A DNA stretch of 64,000 nt from Azolla caroliniana (taxonomy: Eukaryota; Plantae; Polypodiophyta), in contig JBHGNT010000014.1 in NCBI GenBank assembly GCA_043228905.1, positions 8,928,001 through 8,992,000 on the forward strand, read 5' to 3'. Positions 49,891 through 62,496 of the stretch are shown here, in pieces; position 1 is the stretch's first letter, and every line of letters begins with the position of its first letter. The translations under genes were made by a program, and so were the position numbers. The notes under the pieces are model-generated. The model was not told where the DNA came from and did not search any database. It saw only the letters and a list, made by a program, of their open reading frames with translations.

Positions 49891-52800
49891 TGTCAGAACC
49901 AAGAGAGAAGGTAAAGTGATAGAAGAGAGATATAAAGAGATCACAAGAAGAGGAATGAAATGATAAGAGAAGAATAAATGTATTAAAGTAGAATAAGAAT
50001 GGATACAAGATAGGCGATGAGAGCTTAAGACTGGTGTTGATTCAAATAGGTTTTGAGAAGAATTGTATGTCCATATTTATAGGTTCCTATAGAATAACCT
50101 AGTGATTTCTATAATGTTCTAGACCTAGAATATTCTAAAATGTTCTAGGATATTCTAGAATGTTCTAGAACATTTACAATATCACTCTATTACAAGATGT
50201 AGCTTTTATAATTTCATATAATCATATGCTATCTTAATGGTTAGGTTCTTGATTATGTATTACAAGGTCTTGGGTTCAAGCCCAAGTGAAGCTACATAAT
50301 GTTCACGGATTCATGACACTATCCCTCCTCTTAAAACGACGAGTGGAAGGAATTGTTAACAATGCAGGGCCGAGTTTGTTGGGATAGCGATGATGGAAGC
50401 CGTCAATAAGAGCCTGAGCATTACAAAGATTATCGACGGGTTCCCATGTGCGATCGCTCGGAGTATAGCCTAGCCAATCAACTAGATAATACAACTTATT
50501 GCGCACAATCTTTGAATCAAGAATGGAGGCTACCTCATACTCTGGGCCATCAACAAGTTGGAGAGGAGGCGATGGCGGCACGACACGATTGGGAATCGAG
50601 CTGGTGTGGTAAGGTTCCAAAAGAGAGCTGTGAAAGACTGGATGAAGCCGCAAACTTGCAGGAAGATCAAGACGGAATGTTGCATCATTAATCCACTTCG
50701 TGATGACAAAAGGACCCAAGCGTTTATAATCTAGTTTATCACACGGTCGAGTACTCTTTATGTGACGGTGTAACAATCATACCCGATCACCAACCTTGAA
50801 TGGAGACGGAAGATGATGTCGATCTGCATGGGCCTTATGTTGGGCTTGAGCTTTCTGAAGATGTGAAGACAACTCAGACTGAAGGTGTTGTAGTCGGTGG
50901 AGGTGTTGCTCTACATTAGGGTTTGGTGAGATCACTGGAATGTCCAATAGACACCATCGAGGATGGTTGCCAGTATAGGCATAGAAAGGTGTGACCTTGG
51001 TAGAAGAGTGTATGGTGTTATTGTATGCAAACTCTGCAAGATGCAATATATGACTCCAATCATCTTGTTGATAACTGATGAAACATCGAAGATACTGCTC
51101 AAGTGTTTGATTTGTGCGCTCTGTTTGGCCATCAGTTTCGGGATGATATGCTTAAGAGAGTTTGCAAGAGATTTGGAGCCCGTCACATAGGTGCTTCCAA
51201 AAGTGAGAGATAAATTGTGGTCCATGATCACTAATTATTGCGAACTACTTCACGCATAATGATATCTGCTGTTTCTTGACTATTGATGCTTTTTACAAAG
51301 GGTAGAAAATGTGCCATCTTGGTAAATCGATCCACTACGGTTAAAATAGCATCAAAACCTTGTGAAGGTGGCAGATCTGTAATGAAATCCGTAGTAATTG
51401 ACTGCCATGGCTTGCTCGGAGTCGGCAATGGTTGTAACAACCCATAAGGATGATGCATAGGCATTTTAGCTCGACAACATGTGTCACATGTGCGAACATA
51501 ATCTTCAACGAATTGTTGTAAATGAGGCCACTAAAATGATCGCTTCATTAGCTCCATGGTCTTGGCAATACCAAAGTGTCCGGCCATACGGGCATCATGA
51601 CAGTGCTCCAACACTTGAAGGCATGGTGATCCATCAGGGACGTAAAGTAGATTCTTGTTGAAAAGTAAGTTATCTTGCCACTTGAACTCCTTATAGCGTC
51701 GAGATGTCCCTGGAAATGTGGAGCAAAATGCATGATTTGGACCAAGGTGGGTGAAGACATCCTTAGCAAAAACATCAGAGTTAAGTTGTTGGCAAATAGT
51801 ATCAAGAAGACTTGAATCCAATGGCATGGCACAAACCGTGGTTGCTTGTAGCTTTGTTGGACCAAGGAGAACTTGCTTTTGATTGTCGAAAGCTAGATCT
51901 CTAGGGCGAAGTGCCAAATATGAGCATCGAGATAGAGCATCTACTCGCCCTTGTTGGTTCCCTGGGTGGAAAATGATCTTGAAATAAAAATGAGTTAAAA
52001 ATTGCACCCACTGAGCTTGTCGCCTATTTAGCACTCGAGCCATTTGAAAATATGTAAGATTTTTGTGGTCACTATAAATGATGATTTGATGAGACGAACC
52101 TTCCAGGAAATGTCGCCATTGCGCAAAAGAGTCGACCACATCTAGTAACTCTTTGTTATGCACCTCGTAGTTGATCTCCGCAACATTAAACTTTCTTGAG
52201 TGAAACGCCACTGGATGTAAGTGCCCATCTTCACCTGGTTGTGATAGGATGCTCCCCAATGCAAAGTCGGATGCATCTGCCTCAATGATAAATGGCTTTT
52301 CTAGATCAACATGAGCTAAGACAGGAGCTGATGCGAATACCTCTTTCAACTGAGTAAAGGCTTTGTCTGCTTCAGGATTCCAAACAAATGCTTGATTTTT
52401 CTTGGTGAGTTGAGTAAGCGGCAATACAATCTTCGAATAATTCCATATGAATTTGCAGTAGAAGTTGGCAAATCCAAGGAAACACTGGACATCGCGAATG
52501 GAACTTGGAGATGTCATTCCAATACTGTTTGAACTTTTGTTGGATCCATGAAGATACCTTTGGATGAAATGGTATAACCCAAGAACTCAACTCCTTTGCA
52601 ATCAAAACTGCACTTCTCTAGTTTGGCATAAAGACCATACTCTCTTAAGTGTTGGAGTACCTTCCAGACATGTATATCATGCTCCACTTGTGTTCTAGAG
52701 TAAATCAATAAATCATCTAAATAGATGATAAGAAAGATATCTAGAAAATCTCGGAAAATGTCATTTGCCATATGTTGAAACACGACAGGAGCATTTGTGA

Positions 52801-54590
52801 GCCCAAAAGGCATAACTGTATACTCGAAATGGCCATATCGAGTGCGAAATGCAGTCTTCCACTCGTCTCCCGGTCAATACGAACAAGATTATATGCAACC
52901 CTTAAATCAATCTTGGTAAAATGCTTTCCCCACCAATGTGCTCTAAAAGACTGGAAATTAAAGGTAGAGCATGCCTATTTCTTATTGTCACTTTATTTAA
53001 TCCCCGATAATCCACGACCAAACGAAGTGAGTCATCCTTTTTCTTCACGAAAAAGATAGGAGCACCAGCTGGAGACTTTGAATGTCGAATAAATCCACTT
53101 GCAAGATTCTCGTCAATGTATGCTCGAAGAACCTCAAGCTCTGTTAGTGACAGATTGTAGATCGAACCCCATGGTGGCCCTTCTCCTGGCTGTAGATCAA
53201 TGGGACAATCGTATGGCCGATGCTTTGGAAGTACACTAGCTTTGCCTTTGTCGAAGACATCAACATATTCTTGGTACTTTTTAGGAATGTAGATCTCTGA
53301 CTTCCCTTGAGTGTCACTAGAAGGTGTAGCTGATATAGCAAATAAGAATAAATCTTCTTTTGCTCCTTCTTGGCATAATTGTTCCAGGGTAATGGTTGAA
53401 ATCTGATGAAGAGGAACAACATGTTTGGTAGAGGATGAATTGGTAACACTATGTTTTTCAAGGGGAGGATCTTGGGTTCGACCCTTGACTACTATGTTTC
53501 CTTTTGAAGGGCAACTAATATCTCATCATCTCCAATCAATTCTTGGGTTGTGTAGCTCGAACCATGGCAAACCAAAGACTAATGGATGCTCAGGGCTACG
53601 GATTATGTTAAAGGACACTACACATCCTAAATCACCTAAGAGTATGTGTATTGGCTCAAACTCCTCGAATATCTTTTTAGAATCTATGGGACGTCCATCA
53701 ATCACTACTACGGAAACTGGGCAAGGAAGTTTATGCAAGGTTATTTGATGTTTTCGGGCAAAATCTCTATCCATGAAATAAGAATTGGCTCCGATATCTA
53801 AGAGAGCTGGGACATGAAGTTGACAATTTGGTGTCCTAACTTGTACTTGGCTTGAGAAAACTCTACTAACATGCTTGGAAGAGATGGAACCCACACTAGG
53901 TTGTACAGATCTAGGACTGTCCAACCAAACGACTCCGATTTTGGCCGGACTTATTTGTTTGACTCCTCTTCTAATTGGCTTATGACCTCAAACTTATTGG
54001 ATAGAGTTGGATTACTAGAAACACTAGTTGGCACAGTTTCAACAATGCTAGACTCATTTCTATTATCATAGTTAATGTGATGTACCTGACGTCTCAGTCT
54101 ATGTGGACAATGAATGGCAATATGTCCTGGACCTCCACAATATAAGCATAGTCGATTTGCTCGATGATGTTGTTTCTCTTCATCTGATAAAGGTCCTCGT
54201 CGTCGGGTCATATCAATCTCCATCGGTGTTGGGCTATCCATTGGTGTTGGGCTACGTGCTTGCCATGGAGTTGGGACGGGGCTATATTGTTGCCTTGGAA
54301 ATTGTGCCGTCACTGATGCATAAGTTGTCGTAAATCTTGATCTTGTTTGTTGTTGTTGTTGCTTGGACCGACGCTCAAAAAGCCGATTATCACACTGTAT
54401 TGCTCAGTTAATAGCTTCTGTACGGGATTTTGGATCCTTAGGGAAGGTAAGAAGTAAATCTTTTACATCTCCATGGAGGCTCGAATGAAACTGCTCCATT
54501 AGAGCTTGTTCGTCCCAAGGAATATCACTTGCAATGAGACGAAAATTGGCTGCATATGTTGATGATGACTGCCTTTTCAAAAGCGTCATG
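49891..54590 (-). mobile_element. Chromovirus (Tcn1-like Ty3/gypsy), decayed, 5' truncated; 3' LTR 49891-50318
   Basis: Group I chromodomain EYEVASILDS..YLVDWLGY..TWEP; [16 protein letters not shown]; RH EADASDFALG; RT MPFGLTNAP..YLDDLLIYS; PR ALLDIGA; gag CLYCGGPGHIAIHCP; PPT GAGGAGGGATAG. Confidence 0.92.
50107..50172. promoter_or_regulatory. Heat-shock-element-like nGAAn array in chromovirus LTR
   Basis: GAAtaTTCtaAAAtgTTCtaGGAtaTTCtaGAAtgTTCtaGAAca: alternating pentamers in register, the last four perfect. Confidence 0.65.
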
Positions 54591-54619
54591 GTGCAAGGGT
54601 AAGCTGAAGTACAAAACCA

Positions 54620-55573
54620 AAGTGGATTGATGGGTGGTTTGGTTCATCCATCCTTGGAAGGCATTGATGTGCTCCGCCATACTAGAGTCATCCTGATACC
54701 AAAGCCTCACGATTTTTCGAAATATTGAGACTCAGTTTATGGCGTTCTTGTTTTCAAACATGACGTCGATCTTCTTCCATAGGACATCTGCTTCTGTTTC
54801 GTCATTGAAGTTTTTGTATAGACTCATGTCTATAAAACACCTTATGTATGCGGCCGCCTTCAGATGCAACACTTCCCAAGTCGTTGCATCGATCTTGTCT
54901 GGTCTTTTATCTCCGAATTGCAACGACAGTCAGAGGTCTTTGCACACTAGCATGTCTCTCATCTTCGACTTCCACATTGAGTAGTTGGAGCCGGTTAGGT
55001 TAAGCATGCCGCTGAACGAGTCATCCATCGCTTTGATACCACTTTGTTAGGAATGGACTAACCACAACAGGTTTCACGTTTGTATTTGTGTGCAGAAACC
55101 AAGAACTAGTACATAGACGAAAAACATGAAGACACAGAGACATCGATATTTTATGAGGAAAAGCCAAAATGGGAAAAAACCACGGGGGTCCACAAACCCT
55201 GAGAAAACAGATCACTATAGTAGAGAGGAAGTACAAAATACGGAACTTGGAGGCAATGACCTCGAGTTCTCCTTCGTTTGACAGACGACTACAAGGTTAA
55301 ACTCTCACTCACGGTTACAGAGGCAACTACCACGTTCTCACTTTACAATAATGATCAACCCCCATCTATAAAGTTTGCCCTAGTTTCATATAAACCAAGG
55401 CAACTTTCTGGCTATTTACAAGTATAGCCCCCAAGAGGCATTTTAGACTATTTACAATTATAGTCTTCCGAAACGATTTCAGTTTTTGATTTTGATTTCC
55501 ATTATTGGCCTCGGCCGAAATACTCACCAACACGGTACTTCTCTTCCCATCCGAAGGGACATGTTTCCCAACA
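54620..55573 (-). mobile_element. Copia 5' LTR (55045-55573), PBS (55030-55041) and gag start; partial related LTR follows at 55574-55950
   Basis: TGGTATCAAAGC; gag LTGSNYSMWKSKMRDML; LTR terminus matches the 5242/31399 family. Confidence 0.85.
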
Positions 55574-57258
55574 AAAACCCTGAATGGAAAAAACCATGGG
55601 AATTCGCAAACTTCAAACTAGATCACTATAGCAGGAAGGAATACAAGATGAGTCTCTAAGGCAACAACCTTGAGATCCTCTTCGTTTGATCATGGTTACA
55701 AAAGAGTTTCTTGACACTCACACCCTCTCTTACTCCTACTCACTAGTTACACACACAATGATACACACTACAACTTTGTCTACATCAACAACCACAACTA
55801 TTCAACAATTACAATCATATAATACATTATAACTACTTGCCCTAACTATATTTATACTCATATACATATATGACTATTTACAAAGATAGCCCAATCGAAT
55901 TCGGTTATTGGCCGAATTGATTATCCATCAGTTATCAGTCAACCGATTTTTTGTTGTTGTAGGTTTAGGGTTAATGATGTAATGATCATGATGACGACAG
56001 AAATGGTGATGGCATTGAGAATCATTGTGGGGTTCTTGGCGAGATTGATAAACATTGTGGGGTGGGGGGTGGTGCCTAGAATGGCTCCACCCCCCTCCCA
56101 AGGGGATTCAATGTGAGAGAGGGAGAGAGAAGAGAAAAGGTGTCAAAGAGAGAACATATTCATTATTCATTCATTCCCCATAAGGGGGTTAAATAGTTAC
56201 ACTGAGGTTAGATACATAGGCATGCAAGCCCCCCTAACCATGCACACTAACCACTCACTCACACCTCTTCTTATTTGTCCACATGCACACACGTGTGCAT
56301 GTGTTCACATACGTATCTACTCAGACTCACAATTACACTTAATAATTGTATACATTACACATACATACAACAACATTAAGTTTCTTCGCCCTCACTCAAC
56401 TCTCCATATATCTCGTACGGTAACACATTGTGGCATGCACGTGGGACAATGCCTTGCATGTTGATCCCACATGCCTTCATCATCTCTAATCGACTGGAAA
56501 CTTCATCGGCCTTCTCATTGATCGACTCCCTCAATTGGAACGCTTGACTCGAACATCTCCTTCGGTTAGCGAATCTTCCTCGACATGAACATCTTGTTCT
56601 GTCGACACATGAACTTTGGTATCATCCTTCGGGTCTTTAAAAAATGTTGTGTATGTGTATTATTTCGCTCATTGATTTTGTGAATTGTTGTGACTCGATC
56701 TCGTCCAATTCGTCCATGTTGAGTTTTTAAAATTATGTATTATACCCTCAAGTTTTCTAAAATATTGACAATACCCTTAGGTTTTTGAAAATTTTATAAT
56801 GTACACTCGAGTTTTTGAAATTCTGGCGGTTACCCTGAAATTTTTAAAATTTCACCGAATGCCCATGTGTTCTCTTTATTTTTTCATTTCATTTTGTTAT
56901 AATTTTAGGATTGCTTTTAGGTCATTTTTCTTCCCTTTTTGTGTTTGTCTCCTTCTTTGCTTCTTCCTCTTTTTCTGTTTTCTCTCTTGTCGTTTTGTGC
57001 ATCTTCATTGTCTTCTTCGAGTCACTTTCTTCCTTCTTCCTTATTGTTTTTCTCTTCTTCTTCTTCTTGTTTTTCTTTGTTCTTCTTCTGCTACTGCTTC
57101 TCCTTCCTCTTCCTCTTTTTCTTCTTCTTGTTTTTCTATGTTCTTCTTGTTCTTCTTCTAGTGTTGCTTCTCCTTCTTCTTCTCCTTCTCCTTCTCCTTC
57201 TTCTTCTCCTTCTTCTTCTCCTTCTTCTTCTGTTTTTCTCTATTCTTCTTCTACTGCT

Positions 57259-60200
57259 AACACGTTTACGTTTACAAGTGGAAGGATCACGCATTCCACT
57301 TATACATTCCTTTTATAATCTTGTGATTTTAGGCGATTTTCAGAAACTTGATACACCAGTATTACATGTTTTAAATAGCATGTAAAATTTGTTAATTTTT
57401 TGAGATTTAACAAGTTTCAAAATGATAATATTTAAAATTGAATAGTTTTTCAATAAATGCTTAAATGTTGATGGTTTGAAAATATGAAATGTAGTTAACC
57501 TAAAGAAAATCACAATGGTTAACTTAAGACACAAGTTAAGATTAATGGTTTCACCATCTTGAGAAGATGTAGGTTCCATAAGTGGAAGTTACATGTATTG
57601 TTAGACTTCAAATTGTTTTAAGTATAAGAGGTAACATTGTAATCCTTAATGCCATCATCTATAAATTTAGTGCTCATCAACATCCATAAATTCACAACTC
57701 AAGAAATGTATACAATATTTATAAACAATTTTGATAAATCCATAACTCCTAAACTGTAGATGATATTCATAAATTGTCAAAACTGCAAAACTTAGATGTA
57801 AACATTAATATATCAATTTGAACATATCACATACTTATCAAGGTATCCACAATGCTCTCCTCTTCTTCATTTTGAGAGTTCCCCTACAAAATTTGTGAAG
57901 TAAATGGCATTTGCAAGGTTCAATTACCATCAACACAATTATTAATGGTTTTTTGTTAATCAAGGAAGCACATGTTCACCGTAAGGTATCTTGTTGTGCA
58001 ACATAATTCTATACAACATCGATATGCATCTTTTACTCTTGTCAAAATAGATATTTTAATTCAATTCGAGTTCATGTAAACCCTAAACCTCTTTTATTTG
58101 AAAAAAAAGAAAGATTTCTAAACATGAACTCCATACATTTTATTGAGTTGATGTAAAAAACAGAGTTTTCGTCACAATTCCATACAATGTATCAAATTTA
58201 TGTTCAAAGTTTTTTTTCCCGAATTAAAAAAATAAAATAAAATAAAATAATAAATCGAACTTGACTTGATGAAAAACCAGATTTTTCACCACAATTCAGT
58301 ACAATGTACCTAGTTTATGTTTAAAGTAATTTTTTCTGATTTTTTTTGGAAAAAAAAAAACTTTAAACAGGAATTCGATACATTGTATTGACTTGTGATG
58401 AAAACTCTGGTTTTTTCATCATTTGAACTTTCTTTTTTTAAAAATAACCAAAAGGACCCAAAATAAAAAGAAAAAAACCAAGATTGTTTATTTTAAAACC
58501 CCCCAAAAAAACCTTTAAACATGAACTCGATACATTGTATCGAATTCATGTGAAAAAGTCAGCTTTTTGACACGAACTCGATACAATGTATCGAGTTGGT
58601 CTTGAAAAATTTGTTTTTCAACACGAACTCGATACATTGTATTGAGTTCGTGTCGAAAAGCTGATATTTCAACATGAATTTGATACGGCGTATCGAGTTC
58701 ATGTCAAAAACTGAGTTTTTCAATATGAACTCGATACGGCGTATCGAGTTCGCGTTGAAAACTCTGTTTTTAAACACGAACTTGATACGGCGTATCGAGT
58801 TTGTGTTTAAAAACAGAGTTTTCAACGCGAACTCGATACAATGTATCGAGTTCATGTTTAAAGTTTTTTTTATTTTTTCTATCTATTTTGGGTCCTATTT
58901 TTTTTTAGTTGTTTTTGAAGTGATGAAAAAACTAGAGTTTTTATCACATGTCGATACAATGTATCGAATTCATGTTTAAAGTTTTTTTTTTCCAAAAAAC
59001 AAATTAAAAATAAATAAATAAAATATCAAAAAATTTGAATTTTTTTTGAAAAAATTACTTTAAACATGAACTCTATACATTGTATTGAATTGTGCTGAAA
59101 AACTGGTTTTTTCATCAAGTCAAGCTCAATTGTTTTACTTTTTTAAATCCGAGAAATTTTTTTTGAACATGATTTTGATACATTGTATGTAAGTATGATC
59201 AAAACTTTGTTTTTTACATCAACACGATATAATGTATGAAGTTCATGTTTAGAAATCATCTTTTTATTGAAATAAAAGAGGTTTAGGGTTTACATGAACT
59301 CGAATTGTACTAAAATCTCTATTTTTACAAGAGAAAAAGATGCATATCGATACTGCAAAGAAGTATGTTGCACAACAAAACAACTTATGGTGAACATGTG
59401 CTTCATTGATTAACAAAAAACCATTAAGAATTGTGTTGATGGTAATTGAACCTTGCAAATGCCATTTACGTGGTGTATAAAATATTCTCGTGGTTCTTAA
59501 TCACCGCGTCAAGCACTTAATGTTGATCTTCATACTTTGGTTCATCTACAACAGAGAAACATTTATGTGGAACTAAGGATGACAACACAAGCATAACTTA
59601 AGTGACAAGGAAACTTGCAAGAACTCAAGGTGGGGATGTTAATAGCTACACATGTAGATGACCATTAGCTAGGGCACCAATTCTGCATTGGTAAAGTTTT
59701 GGACGCGGTGATGGATTAAACATTTGTAATACATCTATTATTGACATTAGTGAGGTGGATATCATTGTGTATGACTTTACACTAACAAAAGTTGGATGTT
59801 TAAGGATGAGAACGATAGACATAATAAAAAAGATATTACCAAGACTAGAAGATAGCTCAAATTGAAGGTGAACAAGATTTAGTGCACACAATTTGGAGAC
59901 ACCATTTAGTGAAGACAATGATTTGATTGGTACATTTGAAAATGAGGAGGAAGAGTCACAATTGTATATTAGCTATAGTAGTGATTCTCAAGAAAGGAAT
60001 GATGATAGTGAGGCAAATAACTCTTAAATGTATTTTTTGTGCAACGATATGTAAGAAATTTAGCCAATATTTTATCGAATGAAATAAAAAAGTCAATTGT
60101 TTTCAAATCTTTCGCTTATGATTTTGTTAGGATCTAAAATACTACTAGTTGTAATTTCTTCTTAAAAATACAAAATTTCGTATTTGGCCAAAATTTGGCA

Positions 60201-60375
60201 TTTTTCAATTTTACCAAATGGTGAAAATTTTAGCGTTTTCATCAAGTTTTTGAGAACATGTGATACTGGCATCAAGGTGTTTTGTGAAATGGCAAAAAAA
60301 GCCCCAAAATCAAATGTAATATTCCTTATCCTTCCATTTGTGCGCAATCCTTCCACTTGTGAATGCAAACGTGTT
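57259..60375. mobile_element. 3.1-kb DNA-transposon-like element with imperfect TIRs and a large internal palindrome
   Basis: AACACGTTTACGTTTACAAGTGGAAGGATC ... AATCCTTCCACTTGTGAATGCAAACGTGTT; TGCT flanks both ends. Confidence 0.75.
57900..59469. repeat. 1.57-kb inverted repeat with a core of seven ~51-bp palindromic units
   Basis: GTAAATGGCATTTGCAAGGTTC (57900) pairs with GAACCTTGCAAATGCCATTTAC (ends 59469). Units of CA(C/T)GAACTCGATACnnnGTATCGAGTTC(A/G)TG at ~58519-58860. Confidence 0.92.
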
Positions 60376-61130
60376 TGCTGCTTCTCCTTCCTCTCCTTCC
60401 TCTTCTTCTTCTTTGCTGCTTCTCCTTCCTCTTCCTCCTCCTCTTCTTCTTCTTTGTTGCTTCTCCTTCCTCTTCCTCCTCCTCTTTTTCTTCTTTGTTG
60501 CTTCTCCTTCCTCTTCTTCTTCTTCTTCTTTTGTTTTTCTCTGTTCTTCTTCTACTTCTCCTTCTCCTTCCTCTTCCTCTTCCTCTTCTTCTTCTTCTTT
60601 GCTGCTTCTCCTTCCTCTTCTTCTTCTTTTATTGCTTCTCCTTCCTCTTCTTCTTCTTTTATTGCTTCTCCTTCCTCTTCTTCTTATTTTATTGCTTCTC
60701 CTTCCTCTTCCTCTTTGTCTATTTCTCCTTCTGCTCATTGTTGTCGTTGGTCCTTCATCCGGCCACTTCTCCTGCCGCCGCCGTTGTTCGACTATCGTCT
60801 GTTTGTTTGTCATTGCCGTTGTTAGTTGTTAGTTTGTCTCTGTCTCAAGCTCCATCGTCATCGCTTTTTTGACGTCTTGAGTTGTTTGTCCGTCTTCATC
60901 GTCATTTTGGCCATTCCGGTTGTCGTCCGACCATTCTGGCCGTTTGAACTGCTCTTCGGCCACAGTTTGGTCACTCTTCGGCCACTGGTCATTCCACGCT
61001 ACTCGAGCCACTGAAGCCACTCAGGTTGAATTCTGGCCACTTCGGCCATCATTGTCGGTCATCAACCCCATCTCTGTTCGGCCCTCCAGCAGCCTCTCTA
61101 GCTGTTGTCTTGGTCGCCGCTCCAAAATTA

Positions 61131-62496
61131 CACTCAATACTCTGTACATCGAATGTCTCAGAGAGCACTTTTATACATGTCTTTCAAAGGATTGATAGAA
61201 GTACTGGCAAGTACTTTAATGCTCATAATTGAACTCTGGCACTAACTCCTAAAAATATGCGTGTCTACTAGGCTAGAATTGTAGGCCGATCCAGATAATG
61301 TTGACCTTGTCCTCTCAACACTTCCCCTCAAGCTCAACTTGAGGTTGGATTGTGGTGTCTGTCATTGCCAGTCCTTGCTTCCGGCTTCTGTGGTGTCTGT
61401 CATTGCCAATCCTTGCTTCCAGCTTCTCCTGGCATCTTCTCTCCTCGCATGTGCTCCTCGACTCGTTTGATCCCGCTTTCCACAACCCATCCAGTTGCAC
61501 CTTGACCTTCTCGGACAGCTTATCTGCTCATCAAGCGCATCTCAGTTCCCTCACTGTAGCGGTGTTGGCGCCCCTCGACTCGTCAATTTGGTGTCGGCTT
61601 CGACCGCCTTCTATTCCGCTTGGTCTTCAAATGATTCGGCTCCTCCAAATCGGATTGTTAAACTTGAATCGGCTGCCTCTAATTCGTTCCTGTTTTTGTT
61701 CGAATTGGCTATCTCCAATTTGTCTCCAACCTTCAGGACCTTCATCACATCAAACCATGTCCAAGACTTGCCCGTTTTCTTCCAATCGGCTCAGTTCTTC
61801 TTGACTCTGCCGCCATAGCCGCTCATTCTGACTTTATCAGATGTGTCGACTTCGTTAGTCGACTCGGCTCCCTTTTTCTCCTTGTCTCCCCTTTTCAGTT
61901 TCGTTCTCCTTCTCTCCGGCTACGTCTCTGGTCCTTTACCTGTTCTCCCTGTTCTTGTTTCTTTTCTCCCCCTCAAGTGCGGCACGTCGAGATGTTGTAG
62001 CCCATTCATCTCCGAAACGTGCTGCAACTTGTCGGACCCGAGTGGCTTTGTGAAGATGTTGGCAACCTGTCAATCAGTTTGAACATACCGAAGTTCGACT
62101 TCACCGCTCAGGACCCGCTTGCGCAAAAAGTGATAATGCCCCTTGATGTGCTTTGTGCGAGCATGGAACACGGGGTTCTTGGCCACCTACAAGCTACTGA
62201 TGTTGTCGCAGTAGATCGGGATCAGAGTCGGTACTTCGATCCAGAGGTCCTACATCAGCCACAGAAGACATATGGCTTCACAGGTCGCGACGGTAGGTCC
62301 TCAATGCTCAACAAAGTCATTGTCGGTTGCTTCTTGCTGCTCCATGCAACAACCACCCTCTCGAGAGTAAACTTAAAACTGGACATTGAACGATGATCCA
62401 ACGCATCACCAGCCCAATCGGCATCTATATAACCAACTAACTTTTTGGTTATACTGTGTTGGTACAACAATCCCCGATCCTTAGTGCCGCTCACGT
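61131..62496 (-). mobile_element. 3' end of a copia element (RH, 3' region, PPT, partial LTR to 61320)
   Basis: SGTKDRG..GYIDADWAGD..WSSKKQ; PPT GAGGGGAAG; LTR homologous to 25158/41635. Confidence 0.85.

Larger units (their letters stand above)
56055..61130 (-). mobile_element. Truncated relative of the 37343 non-autonomous element (LTR ~56055-56425, CTT-rich tract, GGCC repeats), split by a TIR element
   Basis: LTR resembles the reverse complement of the 37343 LTR (TGGGGTGGGGGG, CCCCATAAGGGG, TACGGTAACA), followed by TGGCATGCACGTGGGAC and similar internal blocks. Confidence 0.75.

Noticed and set aside
56799-57385. Overlapping poly-Leu/Phe/Ser ORFs
   Set aside because: Translation of a CTT/CCT microsatellite; open in several frames.
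58519-58860. Regularly spaced palindromic repeats resembling a CRISPR array
   Set aside because: The intervening sequences are short and similar to each other, the array is the centre of a larger inverted repeat, there are no cas genes, and the context is a plant nuclear genome.
60184-60872. Long low-complexity ORFs on both strands
   Set aside because: The same CTT-rich tract, split by the TIR element; not protein-like.
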